The notes below the pieces were generated by a model. That model saw nothing but the letters and a program-made list of their open reading frames with translations. It was not told the DNA's origin and did no database searches. Of a stretch of DNA of 64,000 bases, positions 51,501 to 64,000 are shown in pieces (position 1 is the first letter of the stretch; the number at the start of each line of letters is the position of its first letter). The position numbers and the translations under genes were made by a program. The stretch is taken from positions 24,564,070 to 24,628,069 of the forward strand of contig NC_092671.1 in assembly GCF_964355755.1 (NCBI RefSeq), written 5' to 3'. This stretch comes from Antedon mediterranea (taxonomy: Eukaryota; Animalia; Echinodermata).

Positions 51501-54500
51501 AAACATTTTTCCGCCTAGGCCTACAGTACCTATGAATAAAGATTTCCATAAACCACAACGTCGCCGGAATCGAGTAGCGAGGCCTAGCTAGAGATATTCC
51601 GTGACTGCCATCAGATAGACTTCCTGTTACTGTAGCTTGGAAGCCAAAATTAAATATTACACACTCTGTGTGACAATAGATTGTTTATTTTTGTTTACAA
51701 AAAAGTCTAGCGCTTTCAAAGTGAAAGAGCTTCACATCGACGAAATAATAATACAGTACTTTAATATGTGAATGACAGCCTTTTTCTCAGTGGTGGCGCC
51801 AGCGGGGGGGCTACGGGGGCTCTAGCCCCCTCGTCGGGGAGCCTAGCCCCCCCGTCGGGGAACACGGGTACTTTTTGTCGGGGAATATAATATACAGTAA
51901 AAAACGTTCGCGTTCACTTCATACAGCTTCAGCGCCTAGAAAACCACGACGTTCCATTGACCGTGAGAGTACGTCAGAGGGCTATTATGCACTTTTATGC
52001 ATTCATTATTGCCAGTGATCCCGCAGCGATCTAACTTACTACTAAACAATAGCTAGGTACGCACTTGTCTGGCGGTATCCCTTTGTACGAATCGTTCAAC
52101 GTTGGGTCGAGACCCGTGATATCAAGTTCCATCCAGGGACCAAAATGTGTAATGTAGTTATTTTCCAGGCGAAGTTTACCGACGGTTACCGAAGGGAACA
52201 CGGGTACTTTTTGTCGGGGAATATAATATACAGTAAAAAGCGTTCGCGTTCACTTCGTAGCTAGCTTCAGCGCCTAGAAAACCGCGACGTTTCATTGACC
52301 GTGAGAGTACGTCAGAGTGATATTATGCACTTTATATGCATTCATTATTGCCAGCGATCTAACTTACTACTAAACAATAGTTAGGTACGCACTTGTCTGG
52401 CGGTATCCCTTTGTACGAATCGTTCAACGTTGGGTCGAGACGCGTGATATCATGTTCCATCAGGGGACCAAAATGTGTACTGTATGTAGTTATTTTCCAG
52501 GCGAAGTTTACCGACGGTTACGTCGTGTACTGTGTCGACGTACGCTACACTACAGCAAAAACAAATTAAGTTAATTGTTCGTATGTTCACCAATTTTTTA
52601 ATTTATAAGTAACCTTCTGTACCGTGGGGCACCTAAAATAAATTTTTCATCAATTACTAAACAAAAAAAACGTGCCATTTTCGCTTAGCCAACATCTTAT
52701 TATTGCTAAGTTATTACATTTTCAATGTCCTGTATGTCATGAATTTCTCACCACTCGGAAGTCCAGATGGTACGCACGCATACACTTGGGAGGAATAAAC
52801 TTATTTTCCCAACTGAAAAAGGTCTACTTGCGTTTTTTAAGCCTCTATGCCTGATGTTTCCAAAGTGTAAAATGCAATTTTTTGAAGACCTGCAGCTCTA
52901 GTTTTAAACATTTTCTTAGCTCAGCCCCAACAATAAAGCTGGTCATATTTCGAAGTACAAGAAGTGCATTTTCCGGGACCTAACATCTCTATTTTTCAAA
53001 CATTTCTTAGCTCAGTCACAACCATGATAGGGACTTATATATTTTGTTTCATGTTTTGAAGTATAATAAGTCCAATTTCCGGGACCTCCACCTCTATTTT
53101 TCTAAATTTTCTTTGAACATTTATTTTTTAAATTGAAAAATATGGATTGAAACAGTCATCGCGCATCGTTTTTTTGCACGCAGTATTTTATTTATGCATT
53201 ATAAAAAATGAAAAAAATGGCTACCCTAAATCTGATTAAAATGACCTCAAATGACGCTAGAACGCGTTGCTTCCGGGGGCGAAGCCCCCTGGACCCCCAC
53301 CGGGGGCCCTTGGCGGCCCCCAGCCTAGTGATGCTTGCTTCGCTCGCATAGCCCCCTCGTCGGGGAATGTAGCCCCCGCGTCGGGAAGATCCTGGCGCCA
53401 CCCCTGCTTTTTCTCCGCGGGTGAAAAATTAACAGCATGAAATGCGTCCTTGGTTTGACACCGAGGAAATAATGAAATCAAAGCAAATCTCTAAACGTTA
53501 GCGTTCTGAATAGTGTATCCCGATTGACCAAGCTGAAACGAGTTATCGGATCGGCATTCTCACGACGCAGACTGCTATCGGTTTAGCTCCCGATTACAAC
53601 CCGCGAACCACACCTATGTCAGTTGTTATTTTAATTTCAAAGGAATAAATGTTTCTGAGCTCTTTATATAGCTCTGATATTTTTATGTAATCAAATAGAT
53701 TGTAATTGTTAGCTTACAAAAAATAGCCCCTAATAGCAACAAACAGTTTAAGCTGTCTAGGCAACTGTAAAAATATAAGCACATTAAACAACAAATTAAA
53801 CTTCTTCAACATATTTCTAGGTAACATAATTATTTAGTATTGAATACTTGCCTGATAAATTTTTTTGTTTATTAGACCATTTAATAAGTTTTTGAATTGA
53901 CATTTAAAGGAGTTGATCAATAAACCAATCAACTGAAAATTAATTTTGCTACATGCCCCTTGTCATAAAAGCAATCAGTAGTAAATGGTACAGTTCATAT
54001 TCAAAGTAAGATAAACAATAATAGACAAACTACAAGGCACAGAGCAGCAGAGGAATTCCCTGCTATAAACTTCACTGAATGTCCCTGGATAACTTCATGG
54101 TGGACTAATACCACAATCATTTCCCACCACCAAACTAGCTAGGCTGTACTCTGTGCATAATGGGCTAGTCTGGATTGACTTTAAAATTTCTCAATAACCA
54201 TTTAAAATTATTTTTTCAGAGGTATTTTATCAGTAGGTCATCGGGGTTTGAGTAGTCCAAGTAGAACGTCGCCAAGCTTAATAGCAATGCATCAGAAGCA
54301 GCAGCAACAACAACAGCAACAAAGAGCAATTGGAACGTATGTTATCATGCTCATACTTTTCAAGCTTTGAAGAAAATATATATTAATTAAGAGATACCAG
54401 TAATAGATACCGTAACTCCATATAGATTACAGAAATCAAACTGCATATACTTTTTTCACATGTATTTTAATTGCAATAGGATATCTGGGGGTTATCAAGA

Positions 54501-57500
54501 CAGGACGACGCCGACAAGTATGAATAGTTTTGGAATCTCACGGTTAATATTAGCGCAACAGAACAACCTTCACAACCTTAGCAATATTAACCATCAGACG
54601 TTATCAAACAGTTATAATAATGCAACAAAAACAGCACCTGATTGGTTACAATTCAACAGTAATACAAGGAGTAAAGATCAGGGTTCTAGGTTTCCCTTTG
54701 ACCATTGGTGTAAGTATAAATGTTAATGTTTGCTTGTAAGCATTTGTTTATGTATTCATGATCTATCTCATTATTTATATTTTTTGTATAGACAATATTC
54801 TCTCATAAAAAAAAATGAAAATATAATCTATAGAAAACCTTTGGGACAAATCTCCGCCTTGGTTACCTACCTTATCTATCTCAGATGTACCGCGAAACGT
54901 AGATTTGATAAAATTAGTTTCCACTATTATGATATTGTTCCATATTTCTATCGTTAGATTTTCAACTCGGTGCGCACTAATTTCCGGGTTCACCTTGCAA
55001 CTTCCTGTTTGTTTTAGTTGGCTGTTGGTGGCGATAGCCATTTTAGTTTTTTGTTTATTTTCGGACCATCGTGTGAAGGTGCAGTAGCAAAATAAAAATT
55101 AATTAATTGTAAGTTGATAAAGATTAAATTAAATATACGCCATAAAGCATCCGAGTATATTTTGGGGAATAGTATATAAAACTAGAGGGTACTCCGAGAG
55201 TACAAACCTCCGCCTACTGTAAAATTCCCTACATAATGTCCCCGGAAAATATATATTAAAAAAAATTTTTTTTTTTATTACTTCTAAATGTAAATAGGCT
55301 AACTGCACACTAAAAAGTTATGGATGAGAGTTGGGTGGAATGGTTATGTATCCAGCATCTCATAGTTGGGATCGCTGGTTCAAGTCCCGCTTTTTTTTTT
55401 TATTGTTTTTGTATTTCTTTTTTTTTTGTGAACCTTATCTTTGACCCTGACCCTTCAAAATTTAACCACAATTATATAATGAATCATTGTGGCTAAGTTT
55501 GGTGAGAATCGGATAAAAACTGTGGTCTCTAGGGAGTAAAATAGTTTTTTTTTTAGTTGTGACCTATGACCTTTTCCCCTCAAATTCGAACTCGTCCGAG
55601 CATTTGGGGCATAGATCATTGTGGCCAAATTTGGTGAGAATCGGATATAAACTGTGGACTCCAGGCTGTTCACAGATACACACACACACAAGCATACAGG
55701 GGTGAAAATATAACCTCCTTGGCGGAGGTAATTACATAGGAAGAACTGATGATACTACCTTTTGTTTGAAAGTGAGTAAAACCCCGATAGCTGAGTTATT
55801 GAGTAAGCTGGCAGGAATAACTGTGGGCTATCTGTTTAGGTCCCGCTAGGACCATGAGATACTACCCATGTTGCAACATCTTCCTTCTTGGTCCGAATTG
55901 AAACAATTTTGAGTAATTTTAAGCGGGTGGGTACGAAACTATCCATTATAGTTTTTTGTTTATACTTGTCACTTCCTGTTAGTGTTAGTTAACTTTAAAA
56001 TCATTTTTCTGAAAATATTGATTGTAACAACCAAAACGTTAGACTGTGATATCTCTGGTATGTATAAAAATGGTATCAAGATATTTTTGTCAGTATTTTA
56101 AATCTTAAATTATTAATTTAATATTATGTACCTTACCTAGGCCAGGCCTTAGGTTCAGTTTTTGTTTAAATCTCAATTATCTTTTTGGTCAAAGTGAATA
56201 ATTATTATGTGGCATATTCAACAATAATTTTTTTAGGGGACAATATATCTCTGAATATTGTTTGCTATGACAGTTAAAAAAATAATGTTTCTTTGCATTG
56301 CAGCAAGTGAATCATCACCTTCACTAGATTTGAGTGACTTTCCCGCACTAGCAAATAGAGGACGACAAAATGATCTGAGTGCCTTTCAGTTACCAAACCC
56401 AATGGCAGGAAGACCGCAGTATGGTAATGATAACTTAAGCTATATATACTGTGCTTCATTTTATTGTGACATACGATTGATTGCAAATAGCATGCATTAC
56501 TGGTAGGAAACATTACTTTGGCTAATCAGTTACAACTCTCTGACTTTTATAATCAAAAGTTACAGGTTTCTAAAAATTTAAGGTCTATACCATGCATGAT
56601 GAACGTTAGACAAAATAAATTGCACTTTTCGGAGGGCCTTAACTTTAAAACGACAAGAGGGTCAGTTGGGTGATTCTGACATGAAATCACCCACAAAGGA
56701 TTACAGTATTAATTACTATATTTATGCCTTTTCTCATATTTAAACATTATACAGTCCTTGTGTGATAATAAAAGGAAACATATAATTAGACACTAAAATT
56801 ACGAAAATCGGACTGGGCTAACTTGATTTAATCTTACTGAACAACTCAAAAGAGTGTTGACCTTTGAAAGTTTTTGGCTACAGGGCCTTTGTTTGCAATT
56901 TGATATATAACAAACTATACGTTTTCTGATTCCCCATAACCGTACAAGTATTTATATATATTAAATGACCCCTGCCCGGAGTTGCACAAAGTTTCAGAAG
57001 GTAAGCTCAAGCTAAATATGTTCAGAATTGATCAAAGATCCCAAAACCATTTCCAAACCTTTGTTCGATAAAGTTGATCACGGAACCTATTCGCTGGTCC
57101 TCTAGTAGTAGTCAATTTATTTTCACTTTACAATTAGTTCCCTTTTTTTTAGTGGAGTGTTATAATTTTTACTTTGAATATATTTTTGGTTATAAATAAA
57201 ACTTGCTGGAAATAAGAAGGTTTTTGACTGTGTATTCTATTTTGCTTCACTGATGTCCAAAACAGTTGTACTGTTACTGATATTGATGCAAAAGATATTT
57301 TAAACAGGAATTTTAAAGATGCTCTTTTTTTTTCTTCTTAACAGTTGGCATGGTAAATAAAACTGCAGAACCCACACCTGAGTTTCAGATTCAAAATGAA
57401 GATTTTCCTGCCTTGCCTGGTTCAAATAATAAACAAGGTAGAACATAATATTTAAGATATCAACATAGTATATTAGTGAAATGAAAATAATGTTGATTTT

Positions 57501-60238
57501 GCAAACTTGTAGTGTTTCTCCTAAATATTGTATAGTAAATATTGCAAATAATAAATGTTTATGAGTGCGGTGGTACAAATTAATTTTGAGAGTTAAAAGC
57601 TAAAATTTCCCGATGCAACAGCTAGAAGATTTTGTTTTCGTGCCAAAATAAGTACTATTGCGGTATGACCCATAATTGTCCAATCAAATTACATAATTTA
57701 TTTAGGTGTTTTATAGATTTTATAATAAGTTATTACCTTAAACCATTAACCATAAGTGATAATGTATAAATTATAACATTGGGAGAGATTTTATCAATGC
57801 ACACTTAAACTGCGGAGTTTAAGACTCACCATAGTGTTAACACCTGTGTTTTGTGGTGTGTGTCCCGTTTTTTTAAATGAGTATATGTTGGTGATAATAA
57901 AATTAAATTTGGTTTTTCTACATGCAACAATGCATGTTAAGTAGTATATTTGAATATTTCCAAATTGTAATTATTTGTTTTAAAGGTTCAGAACAGCAGA
58001 ATATTAACAGTATGGATAGTCCTAGATTTCCAGGTGAAAACCCAAAACAAAACTCTAACAATGTCAAAAAAGGTGTTCAAATACATCCAGATGGTAAGTT
58101 ATAAATACCTATAAACCCTGTGTTGTGTTTCTTTTAACATCCAGTACCACATAAATTAAATGTTATCAAATAGTAAAAATACTGCCCACTCAAGCATAAA
58201 AGTGCACCCTAATAATACCTACTAAAATTTGTTTTTCGGTAAGAATAATATTTATTTAAATCAAACTAATATATTTAAGCAATCTTACTAAATAGGTATA
58301 ATATTAATTGTATGTAAATCAAACACTATAGTGAGCAAGGCTACTGTAGTACCTAACCGGAAAATTGTAAACACAGGTATAGTACATCCAATTTTGATTT
58401 GAAACTGAATGAGTTACATATCGGGGTAGCAATTTTGTGTGTCATTTTGCGTAATAAAAATGCTGTAGCTGTATACATATACACTGTATTATTGTTCGAC
58501 ATGATGGCGAACACCGCTTAAAATGCTTGATTGAAATTATGATTTGATTAAACTAGAAACATGTGGTCCCAATTTGTCACTAACCATTGGTAAGCCAATA
58601 GTCCACTTAATGTTTGTCACTTAAATGTAGTAAAGTCTAAATGGTTCATATTGAATAAAATGTTATTATATAATCTATTTTATTGTGTCAGGCAAAATAA
58701 CCAACATTCCTGCTGGTATGGTGACCGATCCATTTGGTATGGTTGGATTGTTAACGTTTATCAGGGCTGCAGAAACAGACGCTAACCTTGTTCAACTTGC
58801 ACTGGGAAGTGATTTAACTACATTAGGTCTTAATCTTAACTCACCAGAGTAAGTATTTGTTCATGCAACTTTTATTAGAATAATAGTGTAGTATTTTGTT
58901 ATGTCATAGCATGGAGCTAGTATGCAAATAATGTTTTTCGAGTGGAACTCAATGCATCTTCTGGATTTTATCTAGAAAGCCTAGCTCTTCCTGTCTAGAT
59001 GTTGTTGGCTACTTATCAAAGGCCTAGAGTACTGTGAATGTGCTTAAAATGACTCTTGTTATTTTATGACTACATTATTACATTCCTAAAAATGTTTAAA
59101 ATACATTCACTTACATTGATGTATTATAATGTATATGTATTAAAATTATTTATTAAATAATTTTTTTTTATGATATTGAAAAGCAGAAATTTATATGGTA
59201 CGTTCCAGTCACCTTGGGCTGATGGTCCCTGTCGACCCCAAGACATTGACTTCCATGTTCCATCTGAGTATTTGACAAATCTTCATATTAAAGATAAGGT
59301 AGTTTTCTCAGTTACACAGTATCTATATAAACTCAATCCGCACCATATGAATAATAACAATGTCATATTGTCAATCATAGCCTTTTAATTTAATTTTAAT
59401 TTATCACGCATTTACAAAAATATTTTTGCTATTAGTACATATTAATTCCCTAAATTCAGTAAACTATATCATCAGGCTCACCACCCCAATATTTTAATAA
59501 TCAAATTTCTTTTTATTTACATTCTTCATTTTGTACATATGATCATTTTTATTATGTTGCATATTATGCATTACCGTAATTATGTTCATAGGGTTACCAA
59601 AAATGATAAAATTATTTAATAACATTTTGAGACTGCTCCCTCAAGATGTAAATAGAGCGCAATCTCTGGTAGCATACAAACTATTTTTTTGTTTGTTCTT
59701 ATCTATATTTGTTCTTTCTATATGGTATTGAAATAATTTGTTGTTACTTTCAGTTGGCACCAATCAAACTTAGTAGGTATGGAGAGGATCTTCTATTTTA
59801 CTTGTATTATACCCATGGTGGCGAGGTTCTTCAATTAGCAGCTGCAGCTGAATTGTAAGCAACTTTTTACAAATATTGCATTTGTAGAATATTTTTAAGT
59901 AGCATTTTCATCTTTAACCTTACTCATTTATTTAGCAAATTTAATCTTTTTGGAATTGGCACTTTATAAATGTTTGATTATTATTATGTCTTTGTCTTAG
60001 GTACAATCGGGACTGGAGGTATCATAAAGATGAACGAGTTTGGATTACTAGGGGACCTGGCATGGAACCATCCGTAAAAACAAACTCCTATGAAATGGGA
60101 ATGTACTACTATTTTGATTGTCATCGCTGGTGTAAGGTTCCTAAGGAATTTCACCTAGATTATGATAAGCTAGAAGAGCGTCCTCACTTGCCAGCATCCT
60201 TCCATCATAATGTTTCTACCAACCAGGTTGCTCACTAG
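48505..60238 (+). CDS. CNOT2: CCR4-NOT complex subunit 2
   Basis: 14 phase-consistent coding exons: 48505-48533, 49166-49224, 49409-49518, 50511-50550, 50965-51118, 54220-54336, 54480-54709, 56304-56423, 57345-57437, 57986-58093, 58692-58848, 59187-59298, 59754-59854, 60001-60238. Motifs HRSEKD, LDLSDFPAL, NEDFPALPG, FGMVGLLTFIRAAETD, LALGSDLTTLGLNLNSP, and NOT-box LLFYLYY...YNRDWRYHK. Confidence 0.95.
49928..50375. mobile_element. Tc1/mariner (pogo-like) MITE
   Basis: TA|CAGTAGAACC...GGTTCTACTG termini; the right TA is imperfect. Confidence 0.55.
51788..53406. mobile_element. Non-autonomous hAT transposon with an internal duplication of about 335 bp
   Basis: TIRs CAGTGGTGGCGCCAG and CTGGCGCCACCCCTG; 8-bp TSD CTTTTTCT (51780-51787 and 53407-53414); direct duplication about 51858-52190 and 52194-52521. 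Confidence 0.88.
55179..55731 (-). mobile_element. HINE/Helentron-like element containing a Pol III A/B-box unit
   Basis: Terminal hairpin GTACTC-CGA-GAGTAC; subterminal IRs ACCTCCGCC and GGCGGAGGT; (CA)n; TGACCTT motifs; tRNA-like segment 55332-55401 with GGTTCAAGTCC and a T-run. Confidence 0.6.
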
Positions 60239-63200
60239 CATTGTTCGTATGTCATTTTTATCCACAATTGATCAAAGTAATCTATATATTTATCTTATTT
60301 TTTGAAGGCAAAAGAGTCCCATTACATTTTTCTGTTTATCCTTTCTAGCTCACCATCCTCATTTTATTAAAACATTTGTATACATAGATTGTCCTCTCTT
60401 TCGATATTTTATTTTCGACACTAAACACAGAAACAAGAACTAGATCAAGTATTAACTTTAGCTGTACTTTGATTAGCCTGAAGTTTTTATATTGGTTTTA
60501 ATTACTCCAATACAGAGACAGAATGTTTACTCACATCACATTTTGTGATGCTATGTGATCTGATAATTAGTTTGTATTGGTATTACTGTAGAAGAATTAA
60601 GAAGATATTTCTGTTACTGATACTGTAATATAGTATTTAATTTATCAAAATCGAATTCAAGGCTACAAAACCTTCATTTACTTTACTCAAGAGTTCCAGT
60701 ATGTTTTGATTGTAGGTTATGAGAAACAAAATATTGGAGAGGACAATCGCTCTAAAGACCTTTGAGGTTAATTTTACCCTCTATATATATATATAAATAA
60801 AGAAACTCAATTTCAACTCTATTTATTGCTCAGGATTCTTATTCTTTAAAGACAAGCAATAAATGCAAATGTTTGCTAATGATTCTAAATTGTGGAAAGT
60901 GATGTCGTCAGATTTTTTTTCTCCCGATTTTTTTTTGTTTTTATTGTTAAAAGTTTGATAATATTGTATATAGAGCCTGTACAACTAGTTCTTATTAGAT
61001 GAACAGTATTTGTATCGAACTGTATATTTCATCATTTTCATTGTAAGTTTTCTTGTATCATGAAAAATTTTGAGTAAAGAAAAAATGGCTTCTTTAGCTG
61101 CATTTAAAAAAAGAAGGGAAGGCTTTGTTTTTGAGTGGGGTTGTTTGTCTGTCAACAAACACTTGTCTAAATCTAAAAAAGTTATTTAAAAAATATCAAG
61201 AATTTAATATTATACATATTTATGGAACACGCAATTTGGTAGTACCTGATGACAAGGTACAATATTTACAATTTAAAAAACACATTTTCGGTGCGATCAT
61301 AGTTATACACACATTTTGATCATATAAAGAAATGCTATTTGTACTAGAATTATCTATGATGCAATCAGAAAAGCATGTATACATGACTAAGTTAATATAT
61401 TACAAAATTTATATTGAAACTAGAACATCTTTTAAAGAATGTTATTGCCTACTTTGGCGTGTAATAAGTCGGGTATACAAAACTCAACCATACTTTATTT
61501 CCTTTTCAAAAAAACAAACCTAACTTTACTAAATACAGTATTGTTTATATGCTCTGAAATAAAGTACAAGTAGACCAGACTGGATTTTTGTTAAGAGAAA
61601 ATTTCCTTTGGTTGATTTATTAAGAAGCTATACAAGTAGAGAAGAAAGAAGCAAAGAAAAAAAAGAAAGTATTGCCTTGCTGCAAATTTGGTAAATTATC
61701 AGATACTGTTTGACGACAAAAAAAATTAAACATTTATTTGATTCCCATAGAATACTTGGACAGTAATTTATTTGTTGTTTGTTTTTTTTTCTCCATAAGT
61801 CTCTCTGGGTTGGATTGTAATTTTTTAATTATGTAAGCATATTTTGAGTAACTAGATGATAAAGGGTCTTTTTTTTTAACGAAGAGTTTATTCGGTTTGT
61901 GTGAAAAGAACAACTGTTAAAGTAACTTTTTACTATTTAAGTTTAATTTTTATTCAAATATTATTTTTTTTAAACAGTTTGTTTGCTATACAAATAGGCA
62001 CTATGTATACAAGTTATAACATACTGCATGCAACGAAATCCACGTTTTTTTAATCATTGTCCTAATGCAATTCGGTATGTATTTATACTTTTGTACTTGA
62101 CAAGGTCAGAGCAGTTTTTAACAAAGGTTGTGATATGATACTTTATTAACTTTAAATTGAGTTTTGTGTACCTGACATTTTGGCGGCTAGGGCAGTTTAC
62201 ATTTCGCTTCATTCAGTGTGATTATGATGATGCAATACAGGCTAAAAATAAAGACGAAAACAGTTTATTCATTGTAAATGTGTTTTGTTTCTATTGCATT
62301 CATGTGCAGCATAGTTTGTTTAAGCATAATGAACATTTATTTGAATAATCTTCTTCTAAATTCATAAGTGGTGACGTGTTATGTTATTTAAAAATGTTTG
62401 TCATCTCGCCTCACACCACCGGTTATATCTATATACTGTATAATATGTAAATTGCGCAAAGATTACCTTGCGCAATTTCAAATTACATATAGGGTTGTGC
62501 ACAATAGCGCAACGATTTTAAATCGTACACACAACATTTACATTTATTGTATAATATAAATTTATTTAATTTATTTTTTATTTATTTAATAATACAGTAT
62601 CAATATTCATCACTATCATGCCTACTTCGTCTAGGCTTATGTCATTTCCTCCAGTTATGAACTTAACTTATTTTTGTTAAAGAAAATGATATTCGCACCT
62701 TGAACGATCGTTTTTACATTATAACTGCGTATGTTTGCACAGTGGACTATACATTTTTACAGATTTGCATGTTTGAGCGTGAAATGTTTGCACAAATGTG
62801 GTTGTTAGTTAGCACATTTGAGGGCAAAATATTTGCACAAATGTGGTTAGTTAGTACATTTGAGGACAAAATGTTCGCACAAATGTGGTTCATTTTACGG
62901 CTCATTAGGGTATTTATTTGATACATGTTACCATAATACACTCAACGAAATAAACGCCACCCAGACACAGAGGGGGCATATACAAAATACAAATTCGTTT
63001 AACAAATATAATTCTTTTACTTTCATTTCTTATAAATGTAGGCCTATGCGTATCAGATTTATATGACCTTTGGTTATCAAGTACACTGAAAATACCTATT
63101 GCGCTGTTTTAAATATTCTGCGCAATTTGTATCAAGTATTTCATTTAATCTGCAGTTCATTTCCTTTAAAATAAAAGAACATATATAAAACTAGCAATTA

Positions 63201-63569
63201 CACTCGCACCAGGGCGGATTTCAAATTTAGTTTAAAATCTTCAGTAAAATTCTAATTAAAATTCGATAGCTTTCATATTTCCCGGACTCCCTATATAATA
63301 CTCACCAACCTCTACCCTCTTCAATCGGATGATTTAAAAAATCCATCCCAGTACAACTTTTGCTTCATAATGAGATAGGCCTACACAGCATGATAGGTCT
63401 GTGATGGTTTAAGTACTTTGCAAGTGTGTAAATGAATAGGTGTCATCATATTGTCAATGATAAAAATATATAATTTTGAAAAAAAACATTCTGAGGGGTT
63501 ATGGGTTGGAAGTGATGGCTCAACATAATTTGTACTTGAAACGTCTTAAACACATCACCTAGTCCGTAT

Positions 63570-64000
63570 CCGGATATTCACCCCCTGGACATTTACCCCC
63601 CGGAAAACCACCACCCGGACCACTACCCCCTTAGGACACCTACCCCTTTAGGACAACTACCCCCTTAGGACAACTACCCCCTGGACAACTACCCCCCGGA
63701 CAATTACCCCCCCCCCCCGGGTAATTACCCCGCGGACGACTACCTCTGACACAATACTCCCCGTAGGACAACTACTTCCTGGACAATACTCCGAGGGCAA
63801 ATAATCTTTTAGGACAACTACCTCCGTAGGACAACTAACCCCTGGACAACTACCCCGGACAATTACCCCCTGACAATTACCCCCGGAGAATTCTCCTCCC
63901 CCCTCCCCCCCCCCCGGGTAATTACCCCGCGGACAACTGCCTCTGACACAATACTCCCCGTAGGACAACTACCTCCTGGACCTGGACAATACTCCGAGGG
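63570..64000. repeat. C-rich short-unit array (GGACAACTACCCC), probably the end of a MITE running past the window
   Basis: Many degenerate copies of GGACAA(C/T)TACCCC plus a longer internal duplication. Confidence 0.75.

Noticed and set aside
63657-63968. Gly/Cys-rich 103-aa ORF
   Set aside because: It is a translation of the GGACAACTACCCC repeat.

Overview
AT-rich, intron-containing invertebrate animal DNA; the conserved proteins look deuterostome-like, possibly echinoderm (inference). Five spliced host genes can be reconstructed by hand: an unnamed multi-pass membrane protein (+, 5' end unresolved), COPS5/CSN5 (-), a class I SAM methyltransferase (-), a GAL3ST-family sulfotransferase (-) and CNOT2 (+). 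There are also many MITEs, Helitron/HINE-like elements, SINE/LINE fragments and minisatellites. The standout is a very young, full-length 7.8-kb Ty3/Gypsy LTR retrotransposon (23308-31108) with identical 297-bp LTRs and a CTAG target-site duplication. Its Gag starts with a ComEA-like helix-hairpin-helix DNA-binding domain. Its integrase ends in a PHF8/PHF2-type PHD finger (an H3K4me3-reader class) where chromoviruses carry a chromodomain. It sits about 0.4 kb from a candidate COPS5 promoter. Pol is reached by a predicted -1 frameshift. Integrase is separated from RNase H by a single in-frame TAG, followed by a hairpin and a consensus in-frame splice acceptor, so this could be an unusual readthrough or splicing route to integrase, or simply a fresh nonsense mutation. 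All calls come from manual reading; no searches were run.
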